Source: Octopus sinensis (Eukaryota). Taken from it: a DNA stretch of 64,000 nucleotides. Every line of letters starts with the position of its first letter. Position 1 is the first letter of the stretch. Below, in pieces: positions 10,921-23,029 of the stretch. The stretch spans positions 91,822,001 to 91,886,000 of the forward strand of contig NC_043001.1 of assembly GCF_006345805.1 (NCBI RefSeq). The letters are read 5' to 3'. The translations under genes were made by a program, and so were the position numbers. Under the pieces are notes generated by a model, which saw nothing but the letters and a program-made list of their open reading frames with translations, did not search any database and had not been told where the DNA came from.

Positions 10921-11465
10921 AAATAAGGGCAAAGGAACATCGCAAAGCTGTGACACGAAGAGATATTGATAAATCGGGTATAGCTGATCATGTATGGAAA
11001 ATGGAGACCACCTTCCTCTGTGGGGTGAAGTTAAAATAATGGACAGAGAACAGCACTGGAAAATACGAAAACTAAAAGAAGCAGCACATATGCTAGGACA
11101 CAACAACCTCCTAAGCAGACCGAGTGCAAATATGAATAGCATATTGGAACCGGTATTAAGGAAGGATAGGAAAATATTAGATTTATAAACCCTAAAATTC
11201 ACCCCATAATTGCCCACGGGCATGTGGCGTAGTGGTTAAGAGCGCAAGTTCGTTTCCAGGCAGTGACCTTAATAATAATATTAATAATAATAATAATATT
11301 AATAATAATAATAACAACAACAACATCGAAAAATACCTTATAAATAAGAACCCAGGTTCGAAATTTTCCTAAGACACCTGATGAAGGCTGGAGGGTGTGT
11401 CCGCCGAAACGTTGTGTTAACAACAAACAAGATGAGGAAAAATATCCGTCTAATGTAAATAATGT
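10921..11465 (+). mobile_element. Penelope-like element 3' end: GIY-YIG endonuclease C-terminus plus pLTR-like region
   Basis: RAKEHRKAVTRRDIDKSGIADH(fs)ENGDHLPLWGEVKIMDREQHWKIRKLKEAAHM, a PLE-type R..EH...S.IA.H...W..VKI.D.E.....RK.KEA.H pattern. Downstream hammerhead motif. Confidence 0.85.
11373..11418 (+). ncRNA. Minimal type-I hammerhead ribozyme motif
   Basis: GACAC-CTGATGA-A-GGC(tggagggtgtgtcc)GCC-GAAAC-GTT-GTGTT. Stem I GACAC/GTGTT, stem II GGC/GCC, palindromic ACGT in place of stem III, GUU cleavage triplet. Confidence 0.75.
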
Positions 11466-12321
11466 ATTAATCATTTATTTCAAATTGTTGGCTCATAGCC
11501 AGCCATTTTACTAGGAGGGGTTTTGCTGAAAACATCGTTCCTAGTACTTGATTAGTACATAATTTTATAGACCTCGAAGGGGTGAAATGTAATGTTGATC
11601 TAATGGGGGATTGAACTCAGACTCCAAAATGTCGGAAGAAATACCACAGAGCATTTTGTCCGACGCTTTAACGATTCTGCCGAGACTGATACAAATAGAG
11701 AAAAAAAAATCTGTCAAAAAGAAATGTAAGAAAAGCTGAATCGAAATCCTCACCTAAAGGTTTGTTAATAATTCTTTAGCCTCCAGCAAGCAGACGTTCC
11801 AGCGATGATCATCACATCTTTTTTTTTTCTTTGTATATTCAAGATATTATATTCAACACATTCATTTTTTTTTTTGTGTTCTAAAACAGCAGGATAGAAA
11901 GAATGATGAAATCATCTGACTGCTATTTCTAGCAACCGGTTAAACGTGCCTGCCCACGTTGACACAAAGATGCCCTTGTTTGAACTGTCAACTGGTTATA
12001 ACTTTTGTCAACAAGTGCTTTTCCTTTCTTTCTCTCTCGCCTATTTTCTTTCTTTTTTCACCCACCAGTATATTTTATGTCCGGTTTTTATTTACAGTTC
12101 GTTACCCACAATTAGTCAGTCGCTGTTTATCGTCTTCGTTTCACAGCGAACGAAATACGAAGAGGCGGTTGATTTGGGAAATTTGTTTGAGCAACAGTTA
12201 AAATGATTTGGAGAATTTAAGCAGCGATCTCCATGTCATGAGTTCGATCCCAGCCGATCTCAATATTTTTTTATTTCTTTCAGTCATTCGACTACGGCCA
12301 TGCTGGGGCATCGCTTTGAAG

Positions 12322-12498
12322 GGGGCTAACCTTCGGTATATATACCGGTGTAAGTACCGGAAGTACCGGATACATTTTTAAAAAGTGGGGTTTTTTTATA
12401 TGGGGGGTTCGGGTTAGGGTTAGGGGTGGGAGAAAAGGGTTTCTGTTATCTTCAGAAATGTAAACAAAGTCACGTGTTTACCTATACCGAAGCATCCC
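12322..12498. mobile_element. 177-bp MITE with 8-bp TSD (Merlin-like), inserted in a family-A SINE tail
   Basis: TSD CTTTGAAG at 12314-12321 and 12499-12506. TIR core CTTCGGTATA/TATACCGAAG. Internal GGGTTAGGGTTAGGG. Confidence 0.8.
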
Positions 12499-12632
12499 CT
12501 TTGAAGGGTTTAGTCAAACAAATTGACCCCTATCCATGGTACTTATTCTATGTCCTTTCTGCCTAACTTTCATCTGGTCAGTATAGGTAGGAATTAAACA
12601 TTTAGAACTTCTCAAGAACAAGCACACAGTGC

Positions 12633-12697
12633 CATATGACTCTACCGACCAAAATTCAGCTAGAGAGTGACCGAATTCGGGTCGGTATAGTCATATG
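12633..12697. other. Isolated 65-nt inverted repeat
   Basis: CATATGACTCTACCGACC..AATTC at 12633-12657 versus GAATT..GGTCGGTATAGTCATATG at 12673-12697. Confidence 0.85.
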
Positions 12698-13047
12698 AAG
12701 CCTAAAGGAGTCGGGCTCCGTCAGGGCCTGCGAAATTTAAAGTAGTATGGAAACCGAATCAAACTGTTTTAAATAAAATATATATAAGGCGGTGCTCCAG
12801 CATGGCCGCAGTCAAGTTACTGAAGCAAGCAAAAGAATAAAAGAATATATATAAAGTTGGCCAAAAGTTACCCGAGAGAAAATCAAAATTCCATAAAATC
12901 TTAATATTCAATTTTATTTCCCACTGCGTGGCACCTTGGGCTGGTGTCTTCTTCTATAGCCTCAGGCCAACCAAAGTCTTGTGAGTGGATTTAATAGACG
13001 GAAACTGAAAGAAGCCCGTCGTATATATAAATATATATATATATATT

Positions 13048-13396
13048 CTCTCTCTTTTTACTCGACCACAGGACTTATTCTTTGGAAGTCTACTACTTAT
13101 TATATCGATCTCTTTTGCCGAACCGCTAAGTTACGGAGACGTAAACACACCACCATCGGTTGTCAAGTGATGATGGGGGGGGGACAAACACTGACACACA
13201 AACATATACACACACATACATATATATAAAGGCATATATACGACAGGCTTCTTTCAGTTTCCGTCTACGAAATCCACTCACAAGGCTTTGGTCGGCTCGA
13301 GGCTATAGTAGAAGACACTTGCCCAAGGTGCCACGCAGTGGGAATGAACCCAGAACCATGTGGTTGGTAAGCAAGCTACTTACCACACGGCCACTA
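13048..13396 (-). mobile_element. Family-A SINE with partial tail deletion
   Basis: Consensus match to 9605-10016. Confidence 0.9.
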
Positions 13397-13571
13397 TATA
13401 TATATATACTTTATTTAAAGCAGCAGAAAATTCTACGAAACCTGTTACTCTGAGTTTCACGTTGCCGTTCATCGGACAGTTTTTGCTAGAATAGAACCGA
13501 TATGTCAATTCTATCACTGGTATTTGAGTACTCTTTTTTCCACCTTGTTTCACATTTATGTGTTTACTCCG

Positions 13572-13592
13572 TTATATATATATATATATAAT

Positions 13593-13689
<97 letters not shown>

Positions 13690-13760
13690 GTGTGTGTGTG
13701 TGTGGTGTGTGTGTGTGTGTGTGTGTCTGTGTCTGTGTCTGTGTCTGTGTGTGTATGTAT
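13572..13760. repeat. Compound (TA)n/(TG)n microsatellite
   Basis: Direct inspection. Confidence 0.95.
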
Positions 13761-13975
13761 ATGTTCGTGTGTCTGTGTTTGTCCCCCAACATCGCTTGAC
13801 AACCGATGTTGGTGTGCTTACGTCCCCGTAACAATAGCGGTTGGGTAAAAGAGACAATAGAAAAGTAGTAGGCTTACGAAGAATAAGTCCTGGGGTCGAT
13901 TTGCTCGACTAAAGGCGGTGCTCCAGCATGCCGCACTCAAATGACTGAAACAAGTAAAAGAATAAAAGAATAAAA
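13760..13975 (+). mobile_element. Family-A SINE 3' half
   Basis: GTTTGTCCCCCAACATCGCTTGACAACCG...GACTGAAACAAGTAAAAGAATAAAAGA. Confidence 0.9.
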
Positions 13976-14207
13976 AAATTCCAATTATGAATGTTTAATA
14001 ATTGAACGCTGTGAGTTAAAATCACCATTTTTTTTTCTTTCAACATTTGTCCATTCATTAGCGAAACCTCATATAAAATAATTATTTGTTTTAATCTTGG
14101 AATGAATGGTTTTGATTTACTCTCAGGTGACCTTTGGCGACGGGTTTCTTTCAGTTTCCGCCGACCAAATTCACTTACAACGCTTTGGTCGGCTCGAGAT
14201 TATAGAG

Positions 14208-14961
14208 CAGTGATTCTCAGTTGGGGTCCACATGAACTCTGATCGTTCATGTAATATTTTGGCGGGGTCCATGTTACAAAACAGTAAATTGGGGATCCAC
14301 AATAATATTTTAAGGGCCCTTGAAAAAATTTTGTGTCAAATGTATGTATTGCAAGAAAAAGGTAGGTTTCTTTTTCTGACAGTTTACATAATTCAACAAC
14401 CTACATAAGTTAATATGTGAAAAACAAAACAGGAGCTTTGAGAGAAGTTTCTGTAATCTTTCAGCATCGGGGTCCACCAGAATAACATAGTAATCAAAGG
14501 GGTCCATAGATAAAAAAAAAAAAATGGTTGAGAACCCCCTATTTCGTTATTACTCACAAGGAGCTAAACATAGGGGACTAACAAGGACAGACAAAGGGAT
14601 TAAGTCGATTACATCGAACCCAGTGTGTAACTGGTACTTAATTTATCGACCCCGAAAGGATGAAGGGCAAAGTCGACCTCGGCGGAATTTGAACTCAGAA
14701 CGTAACAGCAGACGAAATACCTATTTCTTTACTACCCACAATGGGCTAAACACAGAGAGGACAGACAAACAGATTAAGTCGATTACATCGACCCTAGTGC
14801 GTAACTGGTACTTAATTTATCGACCCCGAAAGGATGAAGGGCAAAGTCGACCTCGGCGGAATTTGAACTCAGAACGTAACGGCAGACGAAATACGGCTAC
14901 GCATTTCACCCGGCGTGCATGCGTGCCTGCCAGCTCGCCGCCTTATGGTTGAGAACCCCTT
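14208..14961. mobile_element. hAT-like MITE carrying a family-B SINE dimer
   Basis: Termini CAGTGATTCTCA and TGAGAACCCCT. Degenerate 8-bp flanks. Confidence 0.7.
14539..14944 (-). mobile_element. Family-B SINE dimer flanked by a single 15-bp TSD
   Basis: ATGGTTGAGAACCCC at 14524-14538 and 14945-14959. Internal junction GAAATAC|CTATTTC at 14720/14721. Confidence 0.9.
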
Positions 14962-15629
14962 GCTATAAGAGGAAGACGCTTGCGCAAGATGCCACGCAGT
15001 GAGACTGAACTCAGAACTATGTGGTAGGGAAGAAAACTTCTTACCACGGAGCACGGGGTAGATAAGTAAATTTATTTAGATTAATTTTCATGATATATCC
15101 AAGTGAAAGGCATAAAATAACAAAAGATAATGAAATAACAGTAAACAACTTGTATTTTAATCCGTCTTTCAAACAGACAAACAAACATTCGACGCTCCCT
15201 GTCATCACTTCCCAAACACGAAACAAAACATAAATAAATAAATAAATAAATAAATACAAGCACCGATCCACCTATGCATGCCATATGCACTGGATGTAAG
15301 TGTTTGTTTGTTTTGTTGATGTGTTTGTTTGTTTGTTAATAGTTGTGTGTCGCACTTAAAAAAAAAAACATAGAGGACGCATTGTCGGAAAGAAAAAAAA
15401 GTTACGTTGCTGATACACCGAATGATATAATGTTGTGGGCAGCGTCTCACGTTGCCTAGCGTTACGTGTTTATGCTCTATCCTCCCACCTCTGACTGTCT
15501 ATCTGTCTGTTTGTCTGTCTCTGGCCTTGTCTCTTACCCACTCCCCCTCTCTTCCTTTCTCTCACACACACACACCTGTTTCGGGGAAAAACAGAAAAAC
15601 AAATACAATACATTTTTTTTTTTTTTGTG

Positions 15630-16255
15630 TTTTACTTATTTACCTCTTTCAGACTGATAGAAGTAAAAAAGTAATGCGGCCATGCTGGGGCACCTCGCTA
15701 AAGGCTCTTAGTGAAACGAATGAACTTTCATTTTTTTCTTTTTAAAGCTTGATACTTATTATTTTGGTGTCTTTTGCCGAACCGCTAGAAAGCAGGAACA
15801 TAAAAAAATCATCACCGGTTGAGAAGCAGTGGTGGCGGACAAACACACACATACACACACACACCTAAATAGGGGCAATTATGCGGATAAACAAATTAGA
15901 TAATCAAATATATTGAATATATTAATTTGTGTATTAAATACAAAATGGGCAAGTGTCCTCTTGTATTGCCTTGTGAGTGAATTTGGTAGATGGAAACTGA
16001 AAGAAGCCCGTCGTATATATGTATGTATGTGTGTGTACGTTTGTGTGTCTGTGTTTGTCCCCCCCCCCAAAAAAAACATCGCTTGACAACCGATGCTGGT
16101 GTGTTTACGTCCCCGTAACGTAGCGGTTCGGCAAAAGAGACCGATAGAATAATTACTAGGTTTACAAAGAATAAGTCCTGGGGTCGATTTGCTCGACAAA
16201 AGGTGGTGTTCCATCATGGCCGTAGTCAAATGACTGAACCAAGTAAAAGAAAAAT
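15630..16255. mobile_element. Two family-A SINE fragments in opposite orientation
   Basis: Minus fragment about 15630-15865; plus fragment about 15945-16255. Confidence 0.8.
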
Positions 16256-16261
16256 AAGTCC

Positions 16262-17157
16262 AACTTACACAGAGTAAAAACGACAGAGAAAATTAATGGG
16301 GTGAATGAAGGTCTTATAAATCCAACATCGGTTTGTGGGGCTCAGTGAGTGATCCATAATAATTAATTCTGGTTTTATTGGCCACAAGGGCTAACATAAA
16401 TCAAAAAACATGTAAGGACAAAAGCAGGACGAAAAGCACAAAGGGTTTTGCAAAAAAGAAAGGTCCGTGTAAACATTAAAATAGCAGCGAAAAATATAAC
16501 AAATAAAATTCTCAATAGGGAGGGGGATTATAATGTGGGTAGATTTAGTTCATCACAATATGCGGCCGTTTGGATGCAATTAGCATTGGATAAGACGAGT
16601 CTCTGTCGCCTGAGTAGAGACGATCTTACGCTTCAGATCTTAATGCAGAGAAGTTCAAAGATTACCCTGATGATGGAGACTCATCTTATCCAATGTTGTT
16701 GTTTGTTCCTTATCGAGCCACTCCTAGCTCATAGTGCCGGGTTTCCCGGTTTCCTTGGCGTATAGGTTCCCCACCTGGACGGGACGCCGGTCCGTCGCAG
16801 GTGAGCTGCAAGATGCAGCAGGAAAGAGTGAGAGAAAGTTGTGGCGAAAGTGTCAGCAGAAGTTCGCCATTACCTTCTGCCAGAGCCGCGTGGAGCTTAG
16901 GTGTTTCGCTCATAAACACACACATCGCCCGGTCTGAGATTCGAACCCACGATCCCTCGACAGCGAGTCCGCTGCTCTAACAACTAGGCCATGTGCCTTC
17001 ACTTATCCAATGTTAATTGCATCCAAATGGCCGCATATTGTGATGAACTAAATCTACATCATTATGGATCGCCGGGCCCCCAGAAACAGCTGTTGAATTT
17101 GTAACACCTTTCTTCCGCCTCTTTAATTTTCTCTGTCGTTTTTACTCTGTGTAAGTT
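16262..17157. repeat. Nested inverted-repeat (fold-back) structure
   Basis: Perfect 35-bp outer IR (16262-16296 / 17123-17157). 66-bp inner IR (16539-16604 / 16675-16697 + 17015-17057). Confidence 0.85.
16698..17001 (-). mobile_element. Full-length family-D SINE with 13-bp TSD
   Basis: TSD CTTATCCAATGTT at 16685-16697 and 17002-17014. Colinear with 37661-37957. Confidence 0.92.
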
Positions 17158-17239
17158 ATTATTATAAATATCTATCTATTCATACTTAAAAATACCCCCA
17201 TCTTTTGCTTTCTCTCGTTCTGCATGTATACATTTGTTT

Positions 17240-17388
17240 CCTTGTTTTACTCATTTGACCCCAGGACTTTTGTAAGCCAGTTACGGGGACATACTTAGCC
17301 AGTTAAGCTAAGTTACAGGGACATAAACACACCAATATCGGTTGTTAAGCGATGGTAGGGGAGACATATAGACACAAACACACACACA

Positions 17389-17487
<99 letters not shown>

Positions 17488-17650
17488 GACAGGTTTCTTT
17501 CAGTTTCCGTCTACCAAATCCACTTACAAAGCTTTGAACGGCCGAGGCCATTGTATAATCACTTCCCTAAGTTGCCACGCAGTGGGACTGAACCCAGAAC
17601 CGTATGGTTGGTAAGCAAGCTACTTACCACACAGCCACGCCTGCGCCTGC
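17240..17650 (-). mobile_element. Family-A SINE with long internal CA/TA tract
   Basis: Consensus match; head end GCCACGCCTGCGCCT. Confidence 0.9.
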
Positions 17651-17840
17651 ACATATGCCTATTTTGTATTTAATATACAAACTAATATAGTTAATATAAT
17701 ACCCGCTCAAATTTATCCTTCTTACTGCCTTTCTTTATCTTGTGGAATGATCCCCTGTAAAGACATCGGGTATAAGTTTGAATCTTTTGAGCACTATTAA
17801 ATGTTTTCTATAAGGAGACTCTCTGGATCACATCTGTCAA

Positions 17841-17842
<2 letters not shown>

Positions 17843-17917
<75 letters not shown>

Positions 17918-17955
17918 ATATAATATAATATAATATAATATAATATAATATAGAT
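17843..17955. repeat. (TA)n/(TAATA)n microsatellite
   Basis: Direct inspection. Confidence 0.95.
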
Positions 17956-18491
17956 AATATATGTATATGCATATATACACACACACATGTACATGCCTAC
18001 ACATATATGTATATATACATGCATTATGGGTACAGGACGTAAAAAAACGTGAGCAAAATGAGAAAGGTGAATATAAAAAACAAAAAAATGGAAAACGAAC
18101 TTTTTTCGAACAACAACAGAAACAAATAGAGAAACGAGACATGCAACATAAAGAACATTCCCTTCATCAGTTGTCCCCTGTTTTATCTACTTCATTTTTC
18201 GAAGGTAGGGACAAGACGTCACTTCGTTAAAACAGTCCTTCCCGCAAAGCAAATTAAATAAAATTTAGGATTTTTTGCGGAGGGTTAAAGTAGTAACAAA
18301 AACAGGACAGTAAGAACAAAACATTAAAAACAAATCGTGAGGGCTGTTAAGCCATAACGAGGTGAAGTGGTGAACGCTGAAAAAACGAGGTTTGTGAAGA
18401 GACAGGCAAAAGCACGTCTTGTCTTTAAGAAGGAAGTGAAAGAAAGATATATAGCCGTTGGTCACGTGTGAGCAACGAGGGAGTCAAGGAG

Positions 18492-18546
<55 letters not shown>

Positions 18547-18668
18547 GAGGGAACGGTGAAGGGGAGAAGAGAAGAATTAGAGAAAGGGTGGGAGAGAAAA
18601 ACAGAAAGGAAGAACAAAAGAGGGAGATAGAACAGAGATAGGTTGTAGAGTGCGCATCGGAATTATTA

Positions 18669-19081
<413 letters not shown>

Positions 19082-19093
19082 CTCTCTCCATAT

Positions 19094-19128
<35 letters not shown>

Positions 19129-19132
<4 letters not shown>

Positions 19133-19556
19133 CTTCACCTTGACCGACCAGTCCGTCAGGCATCCATTTGATACTGCTGGTCACAGCACGCTGTCCACTC
19201 CTCTCTGGATCGCGCCTTTCTCATCCACGTGATCCCAATCGTCCTCCTGAAATCGTAACTCCACCATCGTGGAGGCCTTCTGGGTGGTCGTTTCCGCTCG
19301 TGCGGGTACCACTCGACAACTGCACGGGTCCACCGATTATCGGTGAGCCGAGCGACGTGTCCATCCCATCTAAACTTGCTGCGTGTTTACTCTGCGATGA
19401 CATCACTCACGCCGGACTTCTTTCTGATGATCTCGCTTATGATGTGCTCTCTCAACGAGATACGAAGCATTGACCTTTCCATGGCTCTTTGAGCCGTTAC
19501 CAGTCTCTGCTCTTCTCTCTTTGTGGTAGCCCATGGTAGTGAAAGATGGGCTACCA

Positions 19557-19560
<4 letters not shown>
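19129..19560 (-). mobile_element. 5'-truncated RTE-clade LINE 3' end inserted in (TA)n
   Basis: WATTKREEQRLVTAQRAMERSMLRISLREHI.SEIIRKKSGVSDV...KFRWDGHVARLTDNRWTRAVVEWYP.ERKRPPRRPPRWW, typical of RTE ORF ends. Confidence 0.92.
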
Positions 19561-19633
<73 letters not shown>

Positions 19634-21115
19634 ATATTACGACGTACTTCTTTCAATTTTACTCATCTTGTTAGAGAAGCAGGGAAAAGAAAGTAAGTAA
19701 TTCAATTAGTTTTAGATTTTTCATTGATCAAATTTCATATGTAAATTAATTTAGACAAGTAATGGGAAACCAAGTGTATCTTTTATCGGAAAATTCATTT
19801 CACATAAGATCGGCCATTTCAGAATTTTAAAAATATTGAGTAACGTTGAAGCTTGCATTTATTTTTGTCTCTCTTCACTTCCTTTGGTTTTGTGTTGACA
19901 TTTTTACACTCGCTTTACGGATATTTAGCAGCATGATTCAGTTAAAATTCAATGTTTCTCTCAATGACTCATGGTATCTATGTCTCTGCATGCTTCGATG
20001 CATATCGTCCTGGATTTAATGTGATATGTATGTATATTTATAATGTATTTGAGATCCTTCCTTTCTGTTATACAGTCTCTGTCTGTCTCTGTCTCTCTCA
20101 CTCTATCTATCACGCACATAGACATACATATGTTTCTATGTACACACACATGTATTTGTATATGTGCGTACGTATGTTTATGCAATAAATATTTACAAAA
20201 AACATTTGAGCCATGCAGGGGAAGTGTTAAAAAAACATGTAATGTGATGTCAATGAATAAAAACAAAGAGGAAAGATATCATATTCCCCTAAATAGATTG
20301 TTTAATGATCCTATAATATTTCGGGGAAAATTCCCCTTATATAGAAAGACGGAAGAAAATAATCAGAGCGTTCAAAAAAAATGTGCTGGTATCGGCAAAC
20401 CATTCTAATGTGTTGTGACGAAAGACATTTCTGGAATTACTGTATTAGCATTTCTTGCTGATCGAGTTGAGTCGTATAAGTTGCCGCATATAGTGTGTTA
20501 TGGTAACACCTACAACAGAAGGTGATGAGGTATGACAAATTATGTAAAGTATGTATGCAGGTATGTAAAGGAACCATGGGAAATATCTCTGAACAAGAGC
20601 TAAAATTTACGGTAAAGGTTTTCAGTAGATAAGTATTTTAAGAACTTCTTGGATTATTTTCTTTCTACTATTTGAAATGGGGAAGATTTCCCGAAATATT
20701 ATCGACTCACCAAACAACTTAAGGTACAACTATCACCATACCTCATTAATTCGTTTTTTTTTCCTCTTTTTCTTTCCTTCACTGACATCACTTTACACAT
20801 TTTGCTTAACTCCTCATCTGCATTGCGCAAAGGTTTCTACAAACATTTCTGCAAACATTATTTACAAATATTGCAATGCTTCAGGCAAAATACAATACTC
20901 TCTCTTCCCCACTCTCTCTCTCTCTCACACATACACACATATGTATGTGTGTATGTATGTACATGTGTGTGTATCTATCTATATACGTGTATGCATAAAT
21001 ATAGTAAATATATACGCATATTTACATATACATACACACAAGTATATGAGTTTACTTAATCATTTGTTTATGTATGAATATAAATAAATATCATATATAT
21101 GATATATATATATAT

Positions 21116-21147
<32 letters not shown>

Positions 21148-22072
21148 ATATATATTATTACGACATATACATACATATATTAATAATATACAACACACGT
21201 ATGTAAATGTGCTTGTGTATATTATATATATATATATTATATATATATAAATTGATATATATATAAATTATACATGAATATATATATATATATATAAAGT
21301 GTTTGTTGATGTACGTGTAATTTCAAGAACCAGCCTTGTCATACAGAGTATCACGCTGTTTCTGCCTGGGGATTATGTTAAGGATACAAGTGTCTGTGCA
21401 ATATCAGCCACTTAGACTATAATTCAGCGATTCCTTAGTTTCCTTCATCTAACAGCTGGAATATTCATCGAGATACATTTATTTCACAGCTTAACATCTG
21501 TATGAATCTATCTGTATATGTGTATATGTGTGTGTATGTATGTATGTATGTATGTATGTATGTATACATATATGCATATACATACATACATACATACATA
21601 CACATATATATATCTATAAACACACACATATACATTTATACACACATAATATGTGCTCGTGCATATATATATATATATAGATATATATATATATATATAT
21701 AATATATATGTGGGTGGGTGTGTGTGTGTGTGTGCGTGTGTTTTGCGTGTGAGTATGTGCGTGTGGGTGGTTGCGGGTGAGTGTGCGCCTCACAGTGAAC
21801 CGTGCACATATGAAATATACATTTTTATATATACGCGTTTCGCTTTTCTACAATGTAAACATTTCTTCACTATATAATTTTAATTTAATAAAGAATAACT
21901 TAAAGTATATATACGTTCGAGCATAAAGACATACACACATACAATTATGCATGCATACGTGCATACATGTACGCATACGTAGTTACGCGCTTATATCCAG
22001 CTATATCCATTTGTGTCTTAGTTTCGTGACAGAACATTCGTCAGGGAGGTCTCCAGGCTCACTACAGGCTTG

Positions 22073-22504
22073 GGATTTTTTCGGTTTGAACGGCAGTTTT
22101 TCTAGCGGTGTCATATGAAATTGTCCCTCATAATCATGACCCTAGTATCGATCTATTGCATTTCAATCTGTTTTAGGGTTAGGTTTAGTTAGGGTTAGGG
22201 TTAGGGGGGGGGGGAGGGTATCCTTTTTACTTCACAAATGTAAATAAACCCAATCTGTTTCTTAAACGAGGGACATATTCATACGGCACGGAATGTTTTT
22301 TACCTCAATAGACGTCAGTGATTGGTTGAAATTGCAGAAATTGAAGAAAAAAATACAACAAATATCTTACAAACTATAGAATTTTCTCAATAAAGCCAAG
22401 AGAAAAAGATGTTTTATAAACACATTCTACCAGTATACGAAGTTTAAAATTTTATAGTTACCTAGAAATTATATTAAAAACTGCCGTTCAAACCGAAAAG
22501 ATCT
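22073..22504. mobile_element. 432-bp MITE with 8-bp TSD (Merlin-like)
   Basis: TIR GGAT(C)TTTTCGGTTTGAACGGCAGTTTTT. TSD (C/A)AGGCTTG at 22065-22072 and 22505-22512. Near-identical inverted copy at 35813-36238. Confidence 0.9.
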
Positions 22505-22689
22505 AAGGCTTGTTGATTGCTGACGAAACCGATAAACAGCAAGTAGGCTCAGTCACAGCGCCTGCAAGAAATATTCTATTCTTGGTCAAGTGCTGCTGGG
22601 TTTCTCGATATTTTTTAGTTTCTGTGTGCAATCTCGAAAGGACACTGACCAATGTCGATGGTCAACGTGACGGGCAAACAGAGATTTCT

Positions 22690-23018
22690 TTTACTCTTTT
22701 GCTTGTTTCAGTCATTTGACTGTGGCCATGCTGGAGCACCGCCTTTAGTCGAGCAAATCGACCCCCGAACCGCTAAGCGATGTTAGGGGGGGGGGACAAA
22801 CACACACACACACACACACACACATACACACATATATAATATATATATATATAAAGATGGGCTTCTTTCAGTTTCCGTCTATCAAATCCACCCACACGGC
22901 TTTGGTCGGCCCGGGGCTATAGTAGAAGACACTTGCCCAATATGCCACGCAGTGGGACTGAACCCGAAACCATGTGGTTAGTAAGCAAGCTACTTACCAC
23001 ACAGCCACTCCTACGCCT
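22690..23018 (-). mobile_element. Family-A SINE with internal deletion
   Basis: Consensus match at both ends. Confidence 0.9.
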
Positions 23019-23029
23019 CTTTAGAGAGT

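Larger units (their letters stand above)
14130..15050 (-). mobile_element. Family-A SINE 5' half split by a hAT-like MITE
   Basis: Consensus GAGGCTATAGTAGAAGAC is interrupted at 14207 and resumes at 14962. Confidence 0.8.

Noticed and set aside
22180-22210. TTAGGG repeats as an interstitial telomere or fusion site
   Set aside because: Only 3-4 units, located inside MITEs with TSDs (also near 12410 and 36110).
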